Positions 50,300 to 62,505 of a stretch of 64,000 nucleotides of DNA are shown one piece after another. The notes below the pieces were generated by a model. The model had not been told where the DNA came from, searched no databases, and saw nothing but the letters and a program-made list of their open reading frames with translations. Within the stretch, counting starts at the first letter, position 1. Each line of letters starts with the position of its first letter. A program made the translations under genes and the position numbers. The stretch is from assembly GCA_977017645.1 (NCBI GenBank), contig OZ360223.1, positions 180,172,001 to 180,236,000 on the forward strand, written 5' to 3'. Source of the DNA: Torpedo marmorata. Lineage: Eukaryota.

Positions 50300-50965
50300 T
50301 GTAAGAGCCATAGGCTCACTACATACCCTATGTTTTGGCCGCGGGCGCCGGCGGTGTTCCGGGGCCCGTGGGCCTCTTCCATTAGGCTGCACGTGCGAGT
50401 GCCGCCACCGCTTGCGGAGCTGGAGGGTGGCGGCGCTCGCGTGGTTGGCTCAGCGGCGGCTTCGGCCAGGGCCGGCGTATCCATCAGTGCACATGCGCAC
50501 TGATGGACTGGGTCGACGCGTGCGCGGTTGTCTCGGCCCCGGCGGCGAGCGGTTGGAGCCGGGGCCAGCGCGTGTACTACGGAGCATGCGCAGGTGGGAC
50601 CTGCGCGTTTAAATGGAGGTTCCCCCGCGCGAGTCGACAGTTGAAAACCTGAGGAGGGTGAGTTAGATGTCGACAATCTCTGTCGACCGTTTAATACTTT
50701 TGGAACTCGTTTAATACTTTTGGAACTCGTTTAATACTTTTGGAACACTTTTTATAAACTTTTTACATTGTTTTAGATCCTTTTACATTATTTTACATCA
50801 TTTCAAGAAATGTTTATATTAAAGTCTGAAGATTACTGCAAGTCTAATGTAAATAAAGGTTTTTTGAACATTTTGGACTTTGTTGGTAAATGAATGAAAA
50901 CGCGTCGCAGACAAACACCTAACTTAGCCTCCAAGCGACTATTTTTATTGGATGAAGTCGCTACA
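50300..50965 (+). mobile_element. BEL/Pao solo LTR (666 bp), related to the LTRs of 25826-36871
   Basis: TGTAAGAG...GAAGTCGCTACA; 5-bp TSD CCCTT (50295-50299, 50966-50970); shared terminal TAGCCTCCAAG(C/T)GACTATT; internal 20-bp x3 tandem. Confidence 0.9.
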
Positions 50966-51519
50966 CCCTTATCCAGTCTGCTTGTCACCTTCAAAGAATT
51001 CCAATAGGTTTGTCAAGCCAGATTTTCCCTTAAGGAAACCATGCTGGATTTGGCCTTGTCATGTGCCTCCAAGTACTCCGTAACCTCATCCTTGACAATT
51101 TACTCCAACATCTTCCCAACCACTGTCGTCAGGCTAACTGGTCTATAATTTCCTTTCTGCTACTTCCCTCCCTTCTTGAATAGTGAGGTGACATTTGCGA
51201 ATTTCCAGTCCTCCGGAACCATTTCAGAATCTATTGATTCCTAAAAAATCATTACCAACGCCTCCACAATTTCTACCGCTACTTCTTTCAGAACCCAAGG
51301 GTGCTATCCACCTGGTCTGGGAGACTTATCCACCCTTCGACCATTCAGCTTTCTGAGGACCTTCTCCCTAGAAATAGTAACTGCACTCACTTCCCTTCCC
51401 TGATTCGACATCTGGCACACTGCTGGTGTCTTCTACAATGAAGACGGATGCATAGTACTCATTTAATTCCTCTGCAATCTCCTTGTCTCCCATTATTATT
51501 TCTCCAGCGTCATTTTCTA

Positions 51520-52920
51520 GTCAGAATCAGAATCAGAATTTATTGTCATGTACAAGTCATGGAATTCGGTGTTTTGCGGCAGCATCATAGTGCAAACATT
51601 CATATCAACCATCTAACGACATTACTATAAAAATTATAAACAATAGTGCACGAAAAGTAAGGCAGTGTCTTTGGTTCATTGATTATTCAGGAATCTGATG
51701 GCAGCGGGGAAGAAGCTGTCCTTGTGCTGTTGAGTGCTCATCTTTACGCTCCTGTACCTTTTTCCCGATGGAAGCAGAGTGAAGAGGGCATGGCCTGGGT
51801 GGTGGGGGTCTTTGAGGATAGAGGCTGCTTTTTTAAGACACCGCCTCATGTAGATGTCCTCGATGGAGTGAAGTTTGGTGCCTGTGATGTCACAGGCCGA
51901 GTTAACAACCCTCTGGCGTTTACTCTTGTCCTGGGAGTTGGCGCCTTCATACCAGGCAGTGATGCAACCAGCCAGAATGCTCTCCATGGTACACCTGTAG
52001 AAGTTTACGAGAGTCTTTGGTGACATACCGAATCTCCTCAGACACCTCACAAAGTATAGCCGCTGGCGAGCCTTCTTTGTGATTGCATCAACGTGGATGC
52101 TCCAGGACAGAACCTCGGAGATGTTGACACCCAGGAATTTGAAGTTCTTGACCCTCTCCATGACTGAGCCCTCGATGAGGACTGGGTCGTGTTCCCCTGA
52201 CTTCCTCCTGAAGTCCACAATCATCTCCTTGGTTTTGCTGACGTTGAGCTCAAGGTTGTTGCCATTACACCATTCAACGAGCTGATCTATCTCCCTCCTG
52301 TACGCTTCCTCATTGCCGTTTGTGATTCTGCCAACAACTGTGGTGTCAACGGCAAACTTGTATATGGCATTGGAATTGTGCCTGGCCACACAGTCATGGG
52401 TGTATAACGAGTAGAGCAGTGGACTAAGCACGCATCCTTGGGGTGCGCCTGTGTTGATAATCAGTGAGGAGGAGACGTTGTTTCCAATTCGTACTGACTG
52501 TGGTCTTCCGATGAGAAAGTCAAGGATCCAGTTGCAGAGTGGGGTACAGAGGCCTAGAGTTTGTAGCTTCTTGACCAGCACTGAGGGAATAATGGTATTG
52601 AAGGCCGAGATGTAGTCGATGAAGAGCAGCCGTATGTATGAATTGCTGCTTTCGAGGTGATCCAGAGCTGAGTGGAGAGCCAGCTATATTGCATCTGCTG
52701 TAGAGCGATTGTGGTGATAGGCGAATTGCAGTGGGTCCAGATCTTTGCTTAGGTATGTTTTAATTCTGGCCATGACCAGCCTCTCAAAGCATTTCATCAC
52801 AGTAGAAGTTAGTGCTACTGGGCGGTAGTCGTTGAGGCAGCCCACACTACTCTTCTTGGGTACCGGGATGATTGATGCCCTTTTGAAGCAGGTGGGAACC
52901 TCTGACTGCCGCAATGAGAG
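51520..52920 (-). mobile_element. Rex1/Babar LINE, 5'-truncated, inserted in CR1
   Basis: ORFs 52684..52914 and 51676..52581; (TTCTGA)3 tail. Confidence 0.92.
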
Positions 52921-53601
52921 ATCCTATATCTACTATCACGTCTCTTTTACTCTTTTTATACTTGAAGAAACTTTTTGTATCCTCTTAGATATTATTTGCT
53001 AGCCTTCTTTCATACTTATCTTTTCCCTCTTTATGAGTTTTTTAGTTGCCTTCTGCAAGTTTTTAAAAACTTCCAAATCCTCTATCTTCCCACTAATTTT
53101 TGCTTCCTTGAATGCCCTCTCTTTGTTGGCTTTGATATCCCTTGTCAGCCACAGTTGTGACCTTTTTCCATTTGAATATTTACTATTTTTGGTATGTATT
53201 TGTGGTATGTATTTATCTTGCACCTTCCTCATTTCTTGCAGAAACTCCATCCATTGCTGCTCTGCTGTCTTTCCTACAGGTGCCCCTTTCCAATCTACTT
53301 TGGCCAGTTCCTCTCTCATGCCACTGTAATTCCCTTTACTCTACTGAAATAAATGATTTGTAGAGAATTATAATATGGTTCCCAGAGAATCAGGTTTCAT
53401 AAATTATGTTATATAGGGTTTCATTGCTTAATATAAATGCATAAATTAAATTTATGTATCAAAGATTTCACCTGGTACACCAAAACATATTGACAGTACT
53501 TCACATCCTAGAAAGCTCCATGGCATTGTCTGGTATGGATTTAAAGGATTGCTGCTGCCTGCTGCAGAGGTGAGCCAAAAGTGAGCCCCCAGGGGAGAAA
53601 G

Positions 53602-54100
53602 TGTTATAGTCAGTCCGCGCTGTCAAGATAGAAAAATACACGGCAGAACTATAGAGCATACAATACAGGTTTATTACATTATGCTAGCGGGAGTGAGGAA
53701 TATTAAGTTCAGGTAGACAATGTCACCTTAGTCAATATCGACCCTCACTCAAAGATCACAGTGAAATAGCACAGTATTTAAGGCATTTTCTGGCAGCATA
53801 TCTCTTACAAATTGATAAGCATATCTCTGAATTCATTTGAGGCATATTGTTACAGTTCCTTGTTAACACTTGTAATTGTGTTCCTTCTTAAGAAATGTAA
53901 ATGATTGACGTCAATCAGCTACTCATATGTACAATTGATATTGTTAAAGTTTCATATCTTACAAACAGTTGAAGCAATGTCTAGAAGGTTTGCTTCCAAT
54001 ACACCTCGAACATCCGTGTCCTGTGTACATGAGGTTTAAGTTTTAATTATCACATGCTAATCATTAGTCTAGAGAATCAATTGAATCCTTAAGACCCACA
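53602..54100 (-). mobile_element. Possible solo LTR
   Basis: TG...CA ends, minus-strand AATAAA (~53669-53674) and TATA-like CTTAAATA (~53776-53783); flanks AAAG/AAGG are only an imperfect TSD. Confidence 0.35.
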
Positions 54101-54699
54101 AAGGAAAGAAACTTTAGATTAAGGTTGAAAGAGAAAAGGAAACTTTATCGGCGCCTAACGTTGATGTGTGAAACCTATGCCTTTTGTATTAGCTTGGACA
54201 AGCCATCTTGCGGCTGGCAGTTGTAATGTTAGACAGCTGTTTATTGCCCTGGAAAATATTTATGAATGGAGCTGCAGCTTCTGACAGGTTCCATTCGATC
54301 GCTAAGCCGTTAACGCTTCTGTCAACCTGTTTCACAATGCGCAATTGGAAGTGGCTTTGAACTGTTCGTTTAAATGCTAATTTAGCTTGTCTGGAAAAAG
54401 CAGTAAGTCTGCTTTCAGTAAACATGACCATGTGGTTTTTTTCTAACACTGGTTTTAAGGCTAGGGAATTCTGTATTTAATAAAGTGCTTTTCCTTAATA
54501 ATTGCTGTTTCTGGATGACTTAAAAATAAAATCTTTCACAAAAGGAGCGTCCAAACTGATACAGATTACGATCAACAACCTGTACGTATCTACAGAAGGA
54601 ATAATGTTGGCTTGTGTTTTCCTGAAAAATGATAGATTCAAGATTCCTTTTAGTGTCATGTAATAGTACAGAACATGTAATATTACACGAAGTTGCCTT

Positions 54700-55660
54700 T
54701 TGCCTGCGTTTCCCTGGCGCTGGCAAAGTGGCAGAGCGTTTCCAGCTGCTTGGGGGATTATGGATAACGAAGACGGCCATTGATCCCGCATTGAGCCGCC
54801 GCCCTGAGCGGGCCCGTTGTTTTTTGAAACATTGTCCTGTCCAATTATGATATCCCAGAGTATCCCAGATATACCCCAGCATATCTAGGTGCATCACAGA
54901 TGAGTCGAGATATGATTTTGATCTGGACTGTACATATATATTTCGCCTAAAATCCAGCACCGACTGACGGTCGTTCAACAGCTGACATCTTTATTTCAGT
55001 AAGCTCTGAAGCGGGAACCGCGTTAGCATTTCAGCAGCTCCCGGACCCGCTTCCCTTTAATCCTGAGAGTCAGACGAGGGCAGGGGAACATAGCGCTGAA
55101 GGGTAAATAACCCGTTCTGTTGGCAGAATGCCGGGCTCGGATCAGTCAGTTGGGTGGGAGTAGGGAGGTTGCATTAAACAGGTCGGTGTGCGCATTAGGA
55201 TTTCTCGGCGACGCTTGGTGCAGTGAAGATAGAGACGGAGATTAGTTGTTCGCTGGATTCCAGGAGCTGGTGAATTCCTCACCATGGTAGAGTGCTGGGA
55301 TCTCCCAGTATCATTCTTACAAACGCGAACTGTATGATAACGCCGCTCACCGCTCAGATCATTCTAACCTCTCACAATCCAACCCCGCCCCAAGATTGGA
55401 ATAAAAAGTGCTGGGCGTTTACAGTAATGCAGGTCTCGCATTGAGCTGCCGCCCTGAGCGGGCCCGTTGTTTTTTGAAACATTTCCTGTGAGTGCGTAAT
55501 GCGTCACTCGCATCATCATTGTTGGAGGCGGGACCGCCCTTAAATTGCCTGGTTGCTACTTTTCTAGGTAAGTTACGCTGCAGCCTGAAAGAACCCGCAG
55601 GCTTCGCTGGAACTTTTCCTGGGACACAAGATGTCGGCGGTCTGAAAACGCCTACTGACA
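54700..55660. promoter_or_regulatory. CpG-rich promoter-like region with a ~52-bp direct repeat
   Basis: Locally high CpG, GC boxes (GGAGGCGGGA, CCCCGCCCC), repeat at ~54787-54840 and ~55437-55489. Confidence 0.4.
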
Positions 55661-55913
55661 TAATGTGATTTGTTTCCATTTCCAATGTAGTGGGCAGTGT
55701 CTGGGCAGAGTGCCCACCTACTTTCCTACTACTACATTGGTCTGTTAACTCCTGAGATAAGGGCGGCATACATCCATATTAGTCTGTAATGGTCTTACAG
55801 TGAGCAGAGAGTTATACTTAATGTTTGTGAACTTGGAATATCTGTTCTAACCTCGTGTAACAACAGGCATGTTTTAGAAGCTGGCCATCAAATGTCTCAA
55901 GTTAATATTCAAG

Positions 55914-56752
55914 ATTCAATTTATTGTCATAGCAATAAGACAGTGTCATATACCACGAAATTTCTTTTTGCCTGCTGCAAGGCAGACAGATTCGCCATCG
56001 GCAGAAATTGCCTAAGCGCCTCTAACATTCCTTACAGTCAGAGAAAGAGAAGCAAAAGAGAGTCCCCCCAGAGTCACCGAGTGTCCATAGATTCGCCTCC
56101 AGCGCTTCCGCAGCCACACAGAGTCCAGTCCAAACGATTGGCATCCCGAGCTCCAGATCCGAACCGCCAACACGGTCAGGTCGCCCTCGGCACCCCCTCA
56201 CATCCTGGTTCCGATACCTGGTACTCCTCCAGCCAGTTCGAGCCAACCTCCAGCAGTCCGCAGCCCGTCCTGAGTCCCCCGACAGCAGTCTCCAGCAGCC
56301 CACAGCCTCCGCGAGTTCCTCGCCTCGAGTAGCCAGCAGCCGCCGCATGCACTGGTCCTTCAGCCTCAGAGCCCCTCACCGGTCCGCCGCTGTGCTCACC
56401 GTCCCGTGGGTCATCTCCTCCGCTTCTCCTTCTCAGACGGGGGTGATCTTCCCGTCCACTGGTTCCCTGCTCCAGTCCCCCGCTTCCCCGGAGTCTGCAG
56501 CCCCTCGTGGCTGCTGCCGATTAATAGGCGCTGCCATCTTGGGCGCAGACCCCGCGGTCCCGGGATCTCAAATAAAACCACCGTCGGCTCCTTTAACGGG
56601 CCGTTCAAAGCCTGTGCGGAACCGACGGCAGTCGACTGGGCGGCTGGACCCCGCGGGAGCGCTGTATCTCCGCTCCCACGCTCCCCGCGGGTCCGCACCA
56701 GCGGCAGCGCTGCCGTTACAGCGGCTCCGGCAGCGCCGCCATCTCTGCGGAG
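55914..56752 (-). mobile_element. GC-rich non-autonomous retroposon with LINE-type 3' tail
   Basis: Minus strand starts near GAGATGGCGGCG and ends ATGACAATAAATTGAAT; 9-bp TSD ATATTCAAG (55905-55913, 56753-56761); no RT coding. Confidence 0.65.
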
Positions 56753-57184
56753 ATATTCAAGTGCCTTGTGAGATCCTACCACTCTCCAGCCAGACCCTTG
56801 CAAATCCATGTGACAATGTTGTGTAGCGGGTAACACAACACGATGGAGAACCTAAAAGGTGCAGGAAGAAGGGGGAGCACACGGTTGACGATCAGGCTGT
56901 AGGCAAATGCTAAAAAACTAAATGCAGATCATTCAAGGTGCAAAGTACATACTGATCTCTCTGTTCATAACATTGTTTACTGTGCATTAACAGTCCTCCT
57001 GTAGCCCTCAGTCCTTCATTATTTAATCTTAATCTGAGTCAGACCAATTTCACGCTGTCAGTAGAGTAACAAGATGTTCCACATTCATTTGCCAATCCAA
57101 AGTGGCAAGGATGAATGTTTTAACCCAGATGCCATAACAAATAATTCTACCCTGCCCCAGTAGTGACTATCCCTCTTAGAAGAT

Positions 57185-57612
57185 ACATAGGACATGAAAC
57201 AGCACAGGAACTGGCTCTTCAGCCCACAATGTCTTCATCGTCAATGATGTCAAATTAAACTAAACACATATGCCTGCAGGTGACTGTCCATTCTCTGCCT
57301 GTTCATGTCACTGTTTAGACACTTCTTAAATATCACTATCGTAACTGCTTCCTGCTTCCATCTCCCTCTCAGCAGCATTTTCCACCTGTGTGTAAAATAA
57401 GTTGCTTCACACATCTCCTTTAAATTATCCCTTTATTCTCCTTAAAGCAATGCCCTCTAGTATTTGACATTATCATCCTGGGAGAAAGACTCTGACTGTT
57501 TACCCACTCTATGTCTCACAAATCGAAGTTTGTCCATCCTCTCCTTATAGTTAATCCTCTCCATTCCAGGCAACGCCCTGGTGAACCTCTTATGCACCCT
57601 CTCCAAAGCCTC
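57185..57612 (-). mobile_element. Degraded CR1 3' fragment
   Basis: ALERVHKRFTRALPGMERINYKERMDKL. Confidence 0.75.
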
Positions 57613-57615
57613 CAA

Positions 57616-58495
57616 TAGTTCAATTTTATTGTCACATGTATCAAAAATGCAGTGATAAAGGTTGTTTTGCAAGCAGACCAGTAGACATACAGAGTGCAAC
57701 AAATAAGACACAGTACAAAAGTGCTGAGTTCAGAGAGAGATCAGTTGGTATGGAGCAAAAACAATGTAATTGTACTATTTTGGGATTCATTCAGGTGTTT
57801 GATAATGACAGGAAAGAAATTGTCCTTGAATCTGGTGGTACATGATATCACAATTGTGAATCTTCTTCCTGAAGTAAGGAGGGTGAGTCTGTTAATAGGT
57901 TGGCTGCTTGTTGAGGCAGCTTGAGTTAAAAATGGAGACGATTTGGATGGGGGGGAGTGTTGGGTGGGTGGGGGGTTGTGTGATGGCCTGAGCCATGTTC
58001 TCAACCCTCTGTAGTTTCTTGCAGTCTTGGGCAGAGCAGTTCCCGTATCATGCACTTCCTGTACCATGCACTGCTTTCAGTGGTGCACCTATAGAGTTTG
58101 TTGAGAGATTCTGATGCCATGCTAACTTTCCTCAAGCTTCTGAAGAAGTAGAGGCACTGATGCACTTTCTTGGCCATTGCATTGACATGGGTGGACCAAG
58201 ACAAGTCACTGGAGATATTTAACCCAAGGAATTTAAAACTGTTTATTATCTCCACCTCAGCACTGTTGATGTGGACAGAGGAGTGAGCTTTGTCCCTCCT
58301 CCAGAATTCTATAACCAGCTCTTTGGTCTTGCTGACATTGACCTGGCACCAAGCCACAAGTCCCTCTATCTCTTTGTCATTGTTTGAGATCTTGCCTACA
58401 ACAGTGGTGCCATCTGCAAATTTATGGATGGAGTTGGATCTGTGTTTAGCCTCTCAGTTGTGGGTGTATTGGGAGTATAGTAGAGGATTGAATGC
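57616..58495 (-). mobile_element. Older Rex1/Babar-like LINE 3' fragment
   Basis: HKFADGTTVV, NVSKTKELVIEF, FKFLGLNISSDLSWS, TTRFKDNFFP. Confidence 0.8.
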
Positions 58496-59089
58496 ACAGG
58501 CTTCCTGTGATGTGACAATCTGCACTCTCCTTCTCAACTCGATTTTCCAGTTCTAGCAAGCAATGGGCTTGCACTCCAAGAGCCCTCTGTACATCAATGT
58601 TCTTGAGAGTCCTGTCATTTACTTGCCGAGAGAGAGATTGTGAGAGATGCATCTTACTTTGAAAGCCACGCTTAATAAATCCATTCATCAGTTTCAATGA
58701 GGTGAAGCAGACTCTGAATCCTCGAGTATGAATGGGAAGCAGGTTATCTTGCATCACAATAGAAGGATGGTGGCATAGATTTCTGCTGTGAGGATCAAGC
58801 TGATGTGTCCCTGGAGAGGTTTACAAGGTCCACAGTATTCAGAAGTCAAATAACAGAATGCACCTGTTGGCAGTCAGCTCTTGCATTCTTTCTGCCAGAA
58901 TGTGAAGATTTTTAAACCCCTGCCTTCAGTAACTATATTGCTCTTCCACTGATTCCCTCTCATGGCTAGAGTTCCACATTTCTGACATGCTAAGTAGAGC
59001 TTCTGGAGGTGGGACTCTCCACAGCCTGTACCCCAGGAAAACCAACTGAGCCACAAGGAATATACTGATATCTCACTGATAGTCCAATA

Positions 59090-59750
59090 CTTTATGGCAT
59101 CATGAAGAAAACACATCAGTGCCTCTACTTATTCAGGAGTTTGTGGAGGTTTGGTATGGCATCTAAACCCTGGCAAATTTGTACAGATGTGTGGTGGAAA
59201 GTGTGCTGACCGGCTGCATCATGGTCTGTTATGAGGACACCAATACTCCTGAGCGGAAAGCCCTGCAAAAGGTAGTGGACACAGCCCAAGACCTCACAAG
59301 CCAAACCCTCCCCACCATCGAGAACATCTACAGGGAACGCTGCCATCGGCGAGCAGCAGCAGTCATCAAGGATCCACATCACCCAGCACATGCTCTGTTC
59401 TCGGTTCTCACTGCTACCATCAGTAAAGGAGTATAGGTGCCACAAGACTCGCACCACCAGGTTCAGGAACAGCTGCTACCCCTCCACTATCAGACTCTTC
59501 AGCAACAAACTCAATCAGGGACACATTTAAGGACTCTTACTTTTGCACTTTATTGATTTTTTCCTCTCAGTATTGCACAGTCAGTTTGTTTACATTTCTT
59601 TATTTGTTTACATGTGTTCCTATCTTCTTGAGTATAGTTTTTCGCACTACCAATATGTGGTAATTCTGTTTTGCCTGCAGGAAAAAGTATCTCAGGGTTG
59701 TATGTGATGTCATGTATGCACTCTGACAATAAATCTGAACTTTGAACTTT
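59090..59750 (+). mobile_element. Rex1/Babar LINE 3' fragment
   Basis: YRCVVESVLTGCI...RRAAAVIKDPHHPAHALFS; TGAACTT tail. Confidence 0.85.
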
Positions 59751-59779
59751 AGTCCTCCCTATCCTCTCTAATCACCACA

Positions 59780-60075
59780 CCAAAATTGGTGGTATAGTGA
59801 ACAGTGAAGAAGGTTATCTTAGATTACAACATGATCCTGATGAACTGGAAAATAAGGCCAAGGAATAGCAGGTGGAATTTAATTCAGACAAGTGCAAGGT
59901 GTTGCACTTTGGTAGGTTAAACCAGGTCAGGACTTGCATGGTGCATGGTAGGGCCTTGGAGAGTACTGTAGAACAGAGAGACTTGGGGGTACAGATACAT
60001 AGTTCTCTGTAAGTAGTGACACACGTCGACAGGGTGGTGACGAAAGTGTTTGTCGTGCTTTCCTTCATTGGTCAG
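59780..60075 (+). mobile_element. CR1 LINE fragment
   Basis: FNSDKCKVLHFGR...EQRDLGVQIH on the + strand. Confidence 0.75.
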
Positions 60076-60541
60076 GATGTTTGGTTATGGAATTTCAATT
60101 CATTACATAAATGTGAAATAAAATGCTTCTGTCTGTTAAACTATTGGAATATTGTTAAAAACCTATCTGGTTCACTCATGTCCTTCATCTGTACCTGATC
60201 TGACCTATGTATAACTCCAGACCCATAGCAAAGTCGTTGGTCTTTAACTGACCTCTGAAATAGTTGATTCTGAGTTCAAGAGCTATGAGGGAAGAGTGAA
60301 AAAGACACCAGCTTTGCGAGCAACACCTTGAAAAGAAGACCTCCCATTTAAAAAAAAAATATCCTCAAAGGAGAAAGTATATCAATAAAACCTTTCTTTT
60401 CTAAAACACCCTCAAAAAGAAAGCTACTGAGCTTCTTGTACAATTTCTTTCAAGCTGAATCAGATACTTTGTCATTATGATGTTGCAGTTATTTGATTTA
60501 TTTGGAAACAGTAAATAGCCTTTACAGATTAAAGTATTTTG

Positions 60542-60570
60542 TTAACTTTGACCTTGCAGTGCCTTGACCT
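60542..60570 (-). promoter_or_regulatory. Nuclear-receptor DR1-like element plus an extra AGGTCA half-site upstream of CYP4
   Basis: Minus strand AGGTCA-A-AGTTAA (60542-60554) and a second AGGTCA at 60565-60570, ~600 bp upstream of the ATG. Confidence 0.45.
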
Positions 60571-61019
60571 GGGAGTGTCAGGAGAAGTAGACTCAATGCA
60601 TTTCTTCATTAGATTTAATCAGGGCAACTCCTTTAGATTATGGTCTGAATAATATCCAATAAACAATTTCAAGACACTGCCTTCTATTTACACAATATTT
60701 GGACAGCTTATGCATATTTACTAAAGAAGATTGCAGGGAGGCATTGCAAAATTTCTATGGAATACATATTTGGTTTTACAATTTACTTTGCTTTGAGCAT
60801 AAATTAATCTGATAGGATAACTACTTTTTGCCATGGTGATGTAAGTTAAGAAGGCTAAGTTTCACAATGGTAGCCAACATAGCTGCTACAAATTTCACAA
60901 TATTTCTGATTTAAATAGATATTGATAAAAAATCAAATCTTAGTTGACTGATAAAATATTGACTTACAAAACTGTAATATGAAACGTTATATGTTTGAGA
61001 GTTATAGTATTTGTAATGG

Positions 61020-61065
61020 ATTGGTTATCAGAACTTGATTAATACTGGAGGTGTGCCTATTAAAA
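61020..61065 (+). promoter_or_regulatory. Proximal promoter: inverted CCAAT and TATA-like box
   Basis: ATTGG at 61020-61024; TATTAAAA at 61058-61065, ~95 bp upstream of the ATG. Confidence 0.55.
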
Positions 61066-61156
61066 GGCAAATTCAGTGTGAAGTCCTCTCAGTTCAGTGT
61101 TTGTTCATCTCTTTGAATATTGCCATTCAAACAACAGCATTTGAAAATTACAGAAA

Positions 61157-61330
61157 ATGCTATCGTACACTATAGATCTCTATCAATTACTTCAACTAAT
61201 AGTTAGTATCTTTACAGCATATATTCTGATCAAAATATTGAAACTTTTTTGCAAGAGATGGATGTTGATGGAGGCAATGAAACCCTTCCCTGGACCTCCT
61301 TCGCACTGGTTATACGGGCATGCACTTGAG
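61157..61330 (+). CDS. CYP4B1: CYP4B1/CYP4T-like cytochrome P450, coding exon 1 (gene continues beyond the window)
   Basis: MLSYTIDLYQLLQLIVSIFTAYILIKILKLFCKRWMLMEAMKPFPGPPSHWLYGHALE|gtatgt: signal-anchor + PGPPxHWLxGH hinge, phase-0 donor. Confidence 0.92.
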
Positions 61331-61661
61331 GTATGTATAAAATTAAGTCAATGAACTTGCCTTGTTCTCTGAGGACTTGTCTTTCTCAGCAATTTTAGTA
61401 ATAGCCACTACTTGCAATTTTCTGGATTCATTGAATTTTGATATATTGCTTCAAATTATAACTTCAGCGGCTGTAGGAAAAATGGTATATTTTTCTGTAT
61501 CTATCATGATGTATTTCTAACTGCTCAGGTCATGTAATAGCACCTTCACCAATGGTGAATAAGGTTCTGAGTTTCAGCCTTTGAATGTTGATTTCAGCTT
61601 GGTGCTTCTTATGCAGAGGAGAACCATATTATTAAAATTGCCTTTCTTGGAATAAAGCTAA

Positions 61662-61790
61662 TCTTGAGCCCAAAATGTTGGTTATGTATCTTTATCTTTG
61701 CTCTGTACAGTACACTGTTCGACCTGTTGAGTTTCTCCAGCATTTTGTTTTTACTTCAATCACGGTGTCTTGCAGATTTTTGTATTTTAC
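61662..61790 (+). mobile_element. Penelope terminal-repeat fragment
   Basis: GAGCCCAAAATGTTGGTTATGTATC...GAGTTTCTCCAGCA...GCAGATTTTTG; same family as 5742-6003. Confidence 0.7.
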
Positions 61791-61879
61791 ATTATTAAGA
61801 AGGTGTGCAGAGTCTTCCCCACTTGGAAATGTTTCTCTTCATGTCTGATATGTCAATGAACTATTATACTATCACCAGG

Positions 61880-62206
61880 AGCATGACTTAAATAGGGCTC
61901 AAAGAATTATTGAGGACCCCTTCCATCCAGCACACAATATCTTTGATCTAATACCATTAAGAAGGAGGTACAGGACTGCCAGGCTGGGAAATAGCTTCTT
62001 CCCGCAGGCTGTGAGATTGATGAACAGTATCCTGTAACTGAGTAAATAATTCCAAATATTTAGATATATTTATTTTAAATTATATCTGTAGGTATATATG
62101 TGAATAATGTGTGCTGTGTATTTTGTGCGTGCACTGTGGTCTGAAGAAACGTTGTTTTGTCTGGTTGTATATGTACAGTCAGATGATAATAAACTTGAAC
62201 TTGAAC
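61880..62206 (+). mobile_element. Rex1/Babar-like LINE 3' end
   Basis: IIEDPFHPAH..NSFFPQAVRLMN; AATAAA(CTTGAA)n tail. Confidence 0.7.
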
Positions 62207-62505
62207 ATTATTAAGAGAGCATCACTGGGTTCTCCTGTTTTTGGCCCTTGATCTTCCTAACCAATTGGTCACTTATCAATTAAAGATTCAATTAATTAAA
62301 TTACATTAGATTTTGCTCATTGCACGCATTATACAGAAAGGGTCCATTCAAATATTAACATTAATAATAACGAAAGGTTACAGCACTTCCTGATGCATCT
62401 GTTGATAACTGCACATTTCCAATCTATATAATGGGCAATCCCAAGATCTATCATGCTATGGAGCTGGTGGCAGTGGTCTGAGAGATAATGATAATGAGTT
62501 TATTA

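Larger units (their letters stand above)
49095..53345 (-). mobile_element. CR1 LINE, decayed, with two nested insertions
   Basis: VDVVYLDFQKAFDKVPH, QRDLGVLV, LVRPHLEYCEQFW, MREELAKVDWK; interrupted at 50300-50965 and 51520-52920. Confidence 0.9.

Noticed and set aside
50032-50676. 214-aa ORF
   Set aside because: Chance read-through from a GC-rich solo LTR into off-frame CR1 sequence.
50688-50747. Three 20-bp direct repeats (CGTTTAATACTTTTGGAACT), superficially CRISPR-like
   Set aside because: Head-to-tail with no spacers, inside a eukaryotic LTR.
55892-56836. Cluster of overlapping 100-160-aa ORFs
   Set aside because: GC-rich repeat with few stop codons; no recognisable domain in any frame.
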